Assembly (NCBI GenBank): GCA_040905565.1
Contig: JBBDRF010000062.1
Coordinates: 36,244-100,243 of the forward strand
Length of the DNA: 64,000 nt
Direction: 5' to 3'
Source: Phycisphaeraceae bacterium
Lineage (GTDB): Bacteria; Planctomycetota; Phycisphaerae; Phycisphaerales; Zrk34
Shown: positions 57,189-64,000 of the stretch, one piece after another
How positions within the stretch are numbered: the stretch's first letter is position 1
Layout of the letters: the number at the start of each line of letters is the position of its first letter
Translations under genes and position numbers: made by a program
Notes under the pieces: generated by a model
Told to the model about the DNA's origin: nothing
Databases searched by the model: none
Seen by the model: the letters and a program-made list of their open reading frames with translations, nothing else

Positions 57189-58049
57189 CTAAGGGGTGGA
57201 GGCACCCGGCAGCGTCCCGCCTAGCTTTTGAATACGGAACACTGCCGGGTAAAGCCCATCAATCTGCTCTCGAGGCACCGTCCGCGGAGCAAACGCAGGA
57301 TTCAAAGGCTGGAGACGAATGTGGTCAGCACCCTCAAAATAAACCCGCTTGAACGTGCTTTCATGGTCCGGCAGCAGCCGTGCAAAGCAGTCGCTGCCCT
57401 CGGTCGCCTCCCGCTCGGGAGAGAACACAATAATGTCGCCCGGCCGATACTCCGGCAGCATCGAATCGCCCGCCACGCGGGCCGCGAAGGCCGTCACATC
57501 TTCCACCCCCGGGCAGGAGACATACTCATCCGCCACGCGGGCCGGGTAATCAAGATCCGTAAAATCACGCGGATACCCCGCCGCCACCTTGTTAATCAAA
57601 GGCACCTGGAAACAGGGGCTCGGCAGCGGATCCAGATTCCCCGAACTCTCCTCCACGCACCGCCTCAGCGACCCGTCCCGCAGCAGCGCATCGAGGCTGA
57701 TCGCCCCGTCGCCTCGCCGCTTGGCCACCTGCTTAAGCTGATCAGCCAGACGCTGATAATCCGCCCGCACCGCAGCCGGCGTCGATTGCCAATCCGCCAG
57801 CCGCGCCAGCTCGCCCGGGCTTACATCCAGCGCCTGCTCCAGCGCCCGCACCAGCCCCGGGCTCGGCGGGTTCGCATGTCGGCCGTTCTCGATGCCCGAA
57901 AGATAAGCCTTCGAGCAGCCCGCCGCCTCCGCCAGCTGCGCCAGCGTCAACGAAAGCTGCTGCCGTCGCCGCCTCACCACGGCCCCCAGCCCTCCGGCCG
58001 GCCGCCCGTCCGCCCCCCGCATGCCCCCCGGCTGATGCCAAGCGTCCAT
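57189..58049 (-). CDS. XRE-HTH plus peptidase S24 repressor (CI/LexA-like)
   Basis: HTH LTLAQLAEAAGCSKAYLSGIENG, cleavage site VAAG, catalytic GDSM (Ser) and TFKR (Lys), LQPLNP. Confidence 0.92.
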   Translation of the reverse strand: MDAWHQPGGMRGADGRPAGGLGAVVRRRRQQLSLTLAQLAEAAGCSKAYLSGIENGRHANPPSPGLVRALEQALDVSPGELARLADWQSTPAAVRADYQRLADQLKQVAKRRGDGAISLDALLRDGSLRRCVEESSGNLDPLPSPCFQVPLINKVAAGYPRDFTDLDYPARVADEYVSCPGVEDVTAFAARVAGDSMLPEYRPGDIIVFSPEREATEGSDCFARLLPDHESTFKRVYFEGADHIRLQPLNPAFAPRTVPREQIDGLYPAVFRIQKLGGTLPGASTP

Positions 58050-58132
58050 CGCTCAATCCTCCAGGTTCAATGACCACCGAACACGTGCCGCCGCAGTTTC
58101 CCGCGTGATTCTCGCGAGAACCACTTGCGGTT

Positions 58133-58161
58133 AGGGTAATGTATGGTACATTTGCCGTCAA
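58133..58161 (-). promoter_or_regulatory. Predicted repressor promoter with an overlapping palindromic operator
   Basis: Minus strand TTGACG-N17-TACCCT. Palindrome AATGTA-TGG-TACATT at 58138-58152. Confidence 0.6.
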
Positions 58162-58202
58162 GTTCAATATCCAGTGAACGTCATACCGGGAGCGTCAACA
58201 AA

Positions 58203-58625
58203 ATGATCGTCGAGCAACGCAGGCATGTGGAGGTGCGGGATTTGGCCGAGGAGGTGCTGCAGCGGGCGGAGTTGCTCGACGCAGCGGACCGGGCCCTGAT
58301 CGAACAGGTGCTGGGCAAGGGCGTGCTGCCGCGCGAGGTGGCCGTCGTCACCGGCGTTTCCACACGTTGCATCCAGCGTCGTTTCCGCAGCCTTATCCAG
58401 CGGCTTTCCGACCCCAAGGTCCTCCACATCATGAGGCACCGCAAACAGTGGGACAAGCTCACCGCCGACGTCGCCACCGGCGTCTGGATCAAAGGCTGGA
58501 GCCTGCGCCACACCGCCTCGCAACTCGGCGTTTCCCTCCACCGGATTCGCCAGCGCGTGCAGACCGTCCGAGGCATCCTCACTGCCGTCGATACCCCCGA
58601 ACCAGGAGCCCGCCGTGCGCGATGA
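58203..58625 (+). CDS. Tandem sigma-70 region-4-like HTH protein
   Basis: Two HTH units: GVLPREVAVVTGVSTRCIQRR and GWSLRHTASQLGVSLHRIRQR. Confidence 0.7.
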   Translation: MIVEQRRHVEVRDLAEEVLQRAELLDAADRALIEQVLGKGVLPREVAVVTGVSTRCIQRRFRSLIQRLSDPKVLHIMRHRKQWDKLTADVATGVWIKGWSLRHTASQLGVSLHRIRQRVQTVRGILTAVDTPEPGARRAR

Positions 58626-59343
58626 TCAGCCCATCACACTCGACCTTGCCGCCAGCTTCAAGACCGCCACGCACCCCACGCAGCGGGTCTGCGAAGTCGC
58701 TGCGATGTTCGGCCTCGGCGTCGACGAAACCCACGAAGTCACCGTCGTCCCGCCCACCAGGCTCACCCTCACGCCCGGCCAGATCGTCTTCATCACCGGC
58801 GCCTCCGGAGGCGGCAAGACCACGCTGCTCCGCCTCATCCGCCAGCAGCTCGAGGCAAGCGGCCGCCGCGTCATCGACTTCACCGACCCCCCCAATGCCT
58901 TTCTTCGTCGCGATTCAGCTCCCGACGCAGCCCTCGTCGATCGCATCGGCAACACCCTCGAAGAAGCCGTGCGCTATCTCTCACTCGCCGGCCTGAACGA
59001 TGCCGCCGTCATGCTCCGCCGACCCCACGAGCTTTCCGACGGTCAGCGATACCGCCTCCGCCTCGCCGAAGCCATGGCCCTCGCCGCCGATGCCTCCCCT
59101 CCCAAAACGCCCGAACAACAGTCGGAAAAGGTGGGGGGGGTGGGGGTTTTGGCGGATGAGTTTGGGGCGACGTTGGATCGGCTGACCGCTGCGGTGATCG
59201 CCCGGAACGTTCGCAAGTGGACGCGCCGGACAGGCATCTGCTTCGTCGCCGCCACCACCCACGACGATCTGCTCGAACCGCTCGAGCCGGACATCCTGAT
59301 CGTCCAGCAACCCGGCAGCGAAATGCAAATCATCACCCGTTAG
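58615..59343 (+). CDS. Soluble ABC-type ATPase
   Basis: Walker A GASGGGKT, signature LSDGQ, Walker B VLADEF and H-loop ATTH. No permease nearby. Confidence 0.88.
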   Translation: MRDDQPITLDLAASFKTATHPTQRVCEVAAMFGLGVDETHEVTVVPPTRLTLTPGQIVFITGASGGGKTTLLRLIRQQLEASGRRVIDFTDPPNAFLRRDSAPDAALVDRIGNTLEEAVRYLSLAGLNDAAVMLRRPHELSDGQRYRLRLAEAMALAADASPPKTPEQQSEKVGGVGVLADEFGATLDRLTAAVIARNVRKWTRRTGICFVAATTHDDLLEPLEPDILIVQQPGSEMQIITR

Positions 59344-59379
59344 CGGGCGATCGCAGATCGCCGTTCCCGACCAGTAATC

Positions 59380-60207
59380 ATGCTCAAAACTTTCCGGGGG
59401 GCTTCGCACGTGCTCAACCTGCACCAAAACCAACCGCACCATTACGCGCATCAAAGATGGCCCGACCGCCTCGCCGCCGCGTCAGCCGCCGCTGAAAGTC
59501 TCACTGCTCGCCTGCAGCTTCGCCTCGGCACGATGGAAGATTACCACGCCCTCGCCGAGTTTCACTACCTCCGTCGTCAGCCCAGCACCGCCACGCGGGT
59601 GCTCGTTCTCGAAGATGAACGGACCACCCCAGTCGGCCGCTTCACCGACAATCGCCGCCATCGCCAGACGGTCGGCGTCCTCGTCGAATCACTCCCCGCG
59701 CTCGGTTCCACCATGCGAAACGCCGCCTTGGATGATCGCTACCGGGGCCTCGCCGAACTCGGCTGCTGTGCCGGCAAACTCGTCAACGCGGAGCTTCGCT
59801 GCATCAGCCGCGTCGTCGTGCATCCCCAGTGGCGCAGCCTCGGCCTCGCCGTCCGCCTCGTCCGCCACGCCCTCGCCACCATGACCACCCCCTACACCGA
59901 AGCCATGGCCGCCATGGGCCGCGTCCACCCCTTCTTTGAGCTCGCCGGCATGCAGGCCTACCCACGCTGGCCCCACAAGCGCGACCAGCGCCTCCGCGAC
60001 GCCCTCGCCTCCGCCGGCATTGCCCTGTGGCAACTCGCAAGCGTCGAGCGGATGACGCAACACGTCGCCTCCGAGCCCACCGGCTTTCTGCGTGCCGAGC
60101 TCAAACGCTGGGCCGGCCGCAAGCACGCCACGCTTGCCGACCAGCTCGAAGCCGCCCGCCGTGACCTGCTCTGCGAGCCCGTCTATTACCTCAAAGCACG
60201 CTGGTAA
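59380..60207 (+). CDS. GNAT-family acyltransferase (possibly Mom-like)
   Basis: LAEFHYL motif, acetyl-CoA motif ISRVVVHPQWRSLGLA, and AAMGRVHPFFELAGM. Confidence 0.8.
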   Translation: MLKTFRGASHVLNLHQNQPHHYAHQRWPDRLAAASAAAESLTARLQLRLGTMEDYHALAEFHYLRRQPSTATRVLVLEDERTTPVGRFTDNRRHRQTVGVLVESLPALGSTMRNAALDDRYRGLAELGCCAGKLVNAELRCISRVVVHPQWRSLGLAVRLVRHALATMTTPYTEAMAAMGRVHPFFELAGMQAYPRWPHKRDQRLRDALASAGIALWQLASVERMTQHVASEPTGFLRAELKRWAGRKHATLADQLEAARRDLLCEPVYYLKARW

Positions 60208-60233
60208 AAGTCAACAAAAAAAGGAAGAACGTC

Positions 60234-60866
60234 ATGCAATGGATCGCCCTGGCGCAACTGCGTTCGCACCCCATGAACGCCAACGCGATGCCCGACCCGC
60301 TGTATCAGAAGCTCGTCGCCAACATTCGGCGCACCGGCCGCTATCCTCCGCTCATCGTCAGACCAATGCCCCCCGGCGCGGATAACGAGAACGATCCGGA
60401 CGGCCAGCCGTGCTACCAGGTGCTCGACGGTCACCATCGCTGGAAGGCCATCGCGCAGCTCGAACACGAGCGGGCGGCTTGCATGGTCTGGGAGGTCGAT
60501 GATGCCGAGGCCACGCTGCTGCTGACGACGCTGAACCGGCTCAGCGGTCGTGATGATCCCAAGCGCCGAGCGGCCCTCCTCGCGGACCTTCACGAGCGTC
60601 ACGGCCGGTCGGTCGAACAGCTCGCCGACCTGCTCCCCGAAACGCGCGAACAGGTCCAGCGCTGGCTGGCTGTGCAAAGCCGATTGCCCGAGCCGCGTCA
60701 GCCCCAGCCGCTGGAGCAGATGCCTGCCGCGGTGCATTTCTTCCTGTCAGGCAAGCAGAAAACGCAACTTGACGCGACGCTCGCAGCCATCGGCGGCCGC
60801 CGCGAGACGGCCCTTATGCAAGTCATCGAAGCTCACACCGCCACGATCGAGAAGGAGAACCACTGA
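60234..60866 (+). CDS. ParB/Srx N-terminal domain protein
   Basis: HPMNANAM, PLIVRP, YQVLDGHHRW and LNRLSG. Confidence 0.88.
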   Translation: MQWIALAQLRSHPMNANAMPDPLYQKLVANIRRTGRYPPLIVRPMPPGADNENDPDGQPCYQVLDGHHRWKAIAQLEHERAACMVWEVDDAEATLLLTTLNRLSGRDDPKRRAALLADLHERHGRSVEQLADLLPETREQVQRWLAVQSRLPEPRQPQPLEQMPAAVHFFLSGKQKTQLDATLAAIGGRRETALMQVIEAHTATIEKENH

Positions 60867-61288
60867 TGCCGCGACCATTCAAGAACGACACGCGCCAGGC
60901 CCGGCTGCTCATGCGGATCTACGAAGCGGAGCAGGATCCCCGCAGCGTAGCGGAGGGCTTCGACATGACACTTGAAGAGCTCGCCAAGTGGGCCGGTCAG
61001 CAGCGCACCATGCACGCGCTCAAGGGGCTTCGGCTCGTCGCCGACATGCAGACGCAGTTGATCCTCAGCCGCTACCGCCTCACCGCCGCCGCCCGACTTG
61101 TGCAGCTGGCCAATCAGGACGACAGCGGCGAACTCGCCCGCAAAGCATGCGTCGATCTTCTCAAGACCGAACTGACATTCACCACCACAGAGACGGAGGA
61201 ACCGACCAAGGCCGACGCGCCGCCGATCAGCGAAACCCAGGTCCTCAAAGCCCTCGAAGAACTCGGACGCACATCGGAAAAACCTTGA
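60866..61288 (+). CDS. Putative terminase small subunit
   Basis: N-terminal HTH-like RSVAEGFDMTLEELAKW and helical ARKACVDLL. Lies directly upstream of the terminase large subunit, TGATG-coupled to the ParB-like gene. Confidence 0.55.
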   Translation: MPRPFKNDTRQARLLMRIYEAEQDPRSVAEGFDMTLEELAKWAGQQRTMHALKGLRLVADMQTQLILSRYRLTAAARLVQLANQDDSGELARKACVDLLKTELTFTTTETEEPTKADAPPISETQVLKALEELGRTSEKP

Positions 61289-61309
61289 CGACCCTGCGCG
61301 CCTCAGGCA

Positions 61310-61445
61310 ACGAGCCGTGACCGTAAGGGAGCGGTTGTGCGTGCGAAACTCGGATCGTCCTGAACCGCCGCGTGTGTCCTCTTCGTGCACCTCCACGATC
61401 AGCTTCTGTCGAACGCACAACCGCTCCCTTACGGTCGCGGCTCGT
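61310..61445. repeat. REP-type doublet: 37-bp inverted repeat with core GAGCCG(T/C)GACCGTAAGGGAGCGG
   Basis: Arms 61310-61346 and 61409-61445 are reverse complements with 2 mismatches around a 62-bp spacer. Confidence 0.85.
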
Positions 61446-61489
61446 GATGAACGTTCGCCTTCGATCAAGCCAACCCGAAAGGAACCCCC

Positions 61490-62998
61490 GTGCCCGCCGA
61501 CGCCACCGACAACCCGGTCCACGCCCTAGGCAACGTCATTGCCAACATCCGCCCGGTCGATCGCCGCACCCTGGCCGGGTGGCTCCGCGCGGTGCTCGGC
61601 ATCAGCGTCCCGGCCCAAGGCGTCTGCCCCGGGCACAGTTCGCCCCTTGACTACCTCGAGCATGTCTTCTTCGAACATCCTGAAGATGTCATCGTCTGGG
61701 CGAACCGCGGCGGCGGGAAAACCTTCTACGGAGCCGTCGCGACCCTGCTCGATCTCCTCTTCAAGCCCGGCATCCAGGTGCGCATCCTCGGCGGCTCCCT
61801 CGAACAGTCACGCAAGATGTACGACTACCTTCGCTGGATGCTCGAACGCGAATCGCTCCGCCATCTCATCGACGGACGCATGACCGAAAAGGGCGTCCGC
61901 CTGCAAAACGGCAGCGGCGTCGAACTACTCGCACAATCCGAACGCTCCGTCAGAGGCCATCGCGTGCAGAAACTCCGCTGCGATGAGGTCGAGCTTTTCG
62001 ATCGTGATGTCTGGTCCGCGGCCCAGTTCGTCACCCGCTCCGCAACCTGCGGCGGCATCAAAGTCAACGGCACCGTCGAAGTCATGTCCACCATGCACCG
62101 CCCGTTCGGCCTTATGAGCGAACTCGTCGACGAAGCGAACCAGACCCAAAGCTGGCGCGTTATCCGCTGGTGTGCCCTGGACGTCATGGACCGCTGCGAA
62201 CCCGAACGCTCCTGCGAAACCTGCACCCTTTGGGAAACCTGCCAGGGCGAAGCGAAGAACTGGCGCGGTTACCTCGCCGTCGAAGATGTCCTCTCCCAGC
62301 GCCGCCGCAGCAGTGCCGCCGCCTTCGAAAGCGAGATGCTCTGCCGTCGCCCAACCCGCAGCGACTCGGTCTATCCCATGTTCGAGCCCGACGTACATGT
62401 GAAACCAATCACACCAGACCCGCGCCTCACCTGGATCGGCGGGATGGACTTCGGCCTCCGCAGCCCCTTCGTGATGCTCTGGGCGCAACTCCGCCCCACG
62501 CCCGACGGCTCGCATCAACTCGAGATCATCGACGAATACATCCAGGCCGATCGCTCTATGGAGGATCATCTCGCTGCGATGGCTGCGAAGAAGTGGCCGC
62601 AGGTGCAGTGGGTAGGTGTCGATCCCGCCGGCCATCAGCGTTCGCTGCACACCGGACAAAGCACCGTCGCATTGCTGCGTGAAGCACGTTTCCGCGTTCG
62701 CGCCAGGCGGATGAGGCTGCACGACGGGCTCGAATCCGTCCGTCGAATGCTGGAAAACGCCGAACCGTGCCATCCCGCAGATCATGCCACAAGCCCGCTA
62801 CCACAAAGGGAAACGGGGGCAGTGATCGATCCACGGTGCCAGCGGCTGATCGAAGCCCTTACCTGCTATCACTTTGACGCCGACCGCCCCTGGCGCGACG
62901 AGCCCGTGAAGGACGGTTACGACCATGCCGCCGACGCCCTGCGGTACATGGTGATCAATCTAGCCGCCGGCAGCAGCACCAGAATTGTCGCCTACTGA
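61490..62998 (+). CDS. Phage terminase large subunit
   Basis: Walker A ANRGGGKT, Walker B LRCDEVE, coupling motif MST, RNase H-like GMDFG, DPAG and DHAADALRY. Confidence 0.88.
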   Translation: MPADATDNPVHALGNVIANIRPVDRRTLAGWLRAVLGISVPAQGVCPGHSSPLDYLEHVFFEHPEDVIVWANRGGGKTFYGAVATLLDLLFKPGIQVRILGGSLEQSRKMYDYLRWMLERESLRHLIDGRMTEKGVRLQNGSGVELLAQSERSVRGHRVQKLRCDEVELFDRDVWSAAQFVTRSATCGGIKVNGTVEVMSTMHRPFGLMSELVDEANQTQSWRVIRWCALDVMDRCEPERSCETCTLWETCQGEAKNWRGYLAVEDVLSQRRRSSAAAFESEMLCRRPTRSDSVYPMFEPDVHVKPITPDPRLTWIGGMDFGLRSPFVMLWAQLRPTPDGSHQLEIIDEYIQADRSMEDHLAAMAAKKWPQVQWVGVDPAGHQRSLHTGQSTVALLREARFRVRARRMRLHDGLESVRRMLENAEPCHPADHATSPLPQRETGAVIDPRCQRLIEALTCYHFDADRPWRDEPVKDGYDHAADALRYMVINLAAGSSTRIVAY

Positions 62999-63162
62999 AC
63001 CCCAACCATGCCGTTTCTGAACCGGGGATGGAGAAATTGCACGCCTCGCTGAAAAACTTTCCCCCACCGCGAACCACCGGAAAAACACGGCGTATCACTA
63101 CAGGAAACGATGAGGCCGACGCGGAAAAATGAAAATTCCGTGAAAAAGGGGCAGCCATCCGG

Positions 63163-63191
63163 TTGACACCCCTTAGACCCCCATCTATATT
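63163..63191 (+). promoter_or_regulatory. rrn promoter P1
   Basis: TTGACA-N17-TATATT with upstream A-tracts. Confidence 0.8.
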
Positions 63192-63275
63192 CCCTCTCTC
63201 GAGTGACGCACAGCAACACGCTTGTGTGACACGGCCTGCCAGGCGGTGCGACGGAAAAGTTTTTCCCAGCACCAC

Positions 63276-63303
63276 TTGACGAGCCAGACTGAGACGCTAA
63301 GAT
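63276..63303 (+). promoter_or_regulatory. rrn promoter P2
   Basis: TTGACG-N16-TAAGAT. Confidence 0.65.
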
Positions 63304-63361
63304 GCTTCTCCACTCGCAAACGCCTGCCGATTCGGTTGGCGGCCCGGACTCGTTCGGGTGG

Positions 63362-63374
63362 TGGTTCTTTGACA
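63362..63374 (+). promoter_or_regulatory. boxA-like antitermination site in the rrn leader
   Basis: TGGTTCTTTGACA resembles the boxA consensus TGCTCTTTAACA. Confidence 0.6.
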
Positions 63375-63681
63375 AGTGAACAGTTGGGATGCCGCGAGGA
63401 TGTGTGGTGTCGGTAGTGCTTTTCACGAGCCCTGCCGAGACCTGATCACCCTCTCTCTTTAGCCAGGGAGAGGAGCTCAAACATTCTCGTGAGCCTGAAT
63501 ATCCTTTTTAAGGAAACACCAGTGAGATGTTTGAGTTTTTAGCCTACCGAGCTTTAGCCAGCTCGGTAGCATACGGTTCTGCCTTCGGGCAGGACCTAGA
63601 CCGGCTTCCTGTCAACCAACAGGAAGTTACGGATCGAATCTTCTTTTGAAGAAACCCCGCTTCGGCGGGTTCTACAAAAAT

Positions 63682-64000
63682 CAAGTGAAGAGTTTGATCC
63701 TGGCTCAGCTTGAACGCTGGCGGCATGGCTAAAACATGCAAGTCGAACGCGAAACCACCTTCGGGTGGGATTAGAGTGGCGAACGGGCGAGTAATGCATT
63801 CCTAACGTACCCCAAGGTCAGGGATAGCTGGAGGAAACCCCAGGTAATACCTGATGACCCCGCTGGAACGCATGTTCTGACGGGCAAAGGCTTGCTGCCT
63901 TGGGATCGGGGAATGTCCTATCAGGTAGTTGGTAAGGTAACGGCTTACCAAGCCTAAGACGGGTAGCGGGTGTGAGAGCATGACCCGCCGCATCGGGACT
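63682..64000 (+). rRNA. rrs: 16S rRNA, 5' part (runs off the window)
   Basis: AGAGTTTGATCCTGGCTCAG at 63689, then GAACGCTGGCGGCATGGCTAAAACATGCAAGTCGAAC, as I recall from Phycisphaerae. The 5' end is approximate. Confidence 0.98.

Noticed and set aside
57189..58049. Host lexA
   Set aside because: The N-terminal domain is an XRE/CI-type HTH and not the LexA winged helix, so no gene symbol was given.
60234..60866. Chromosome or plasmid partition system (parABS)
   Set aside because: The neighbouring ATPase is ABC-type (LSDGQ signature), not a ParA deviant Walker A, and I saw no parS palindrome.
27640..62998. One contiguous 35-kb prophage
   Set aside because: The interval contains core genes (ald, xseB, mraZ, panB, gyrA), and I saw no integrase, replication genes or att repeats.
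63544..63993. Small ORFs over the rrn leader and 16S gene
   Set aside because: Spurious translations of rRNA sequence.
1..64000. CRISPR array or tRNA genes
   Set aside because: No regularly spaced direct repeats with unique spacers and no cloverleaf with a T-loop motif were noticed by eye. A tRNAscan run would be needed to be certain.

Overview
High-GC bacterial chromosome segment. The gene repertoire and the 5' end of a 16S rRNA gene point to Planctomycetota, probably Phycisphaerae. Most of the window is housekeeping or envelope DNA: argG, a MacAB-TolC-type exporter, a DUF58/BatA/vWA/prenyltransferase operon, phhB, coaB, ald, xseB, a prepilin peptidase, a rimK cassette, mraZ, panB, an HtrA protease, gyrA and the start of an rrn operon. 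The main signal is two intact phage-derived modules about 18 kb apart, separated by core genes. The first (27.6-39.0 kb) is a virion operon: portal, scaffold, DUF5309/SU10-type major capsid protein, six unassigned probably structural genes, and holin-like and lipoprotein genes. The second (57.2-63.0 kb) is a packaging and regulatory module: a CI/LexA-like S24 repressor divergent from a tandem-HTH gene, ABC ATPase, GNAT, ParB-like, TerS-like and terminase large subunit genes. I found no integrase, replication genes, att sites, tail tube/sheath or tape measure. The layout suggests a domesticated, gene-transfer-agent-like system; this is inference. The window also has a REP-like hairpin family with covarying stems and other intergenic inverted repeats. 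All calls come from motif recognition by eye, and no database searches were run.
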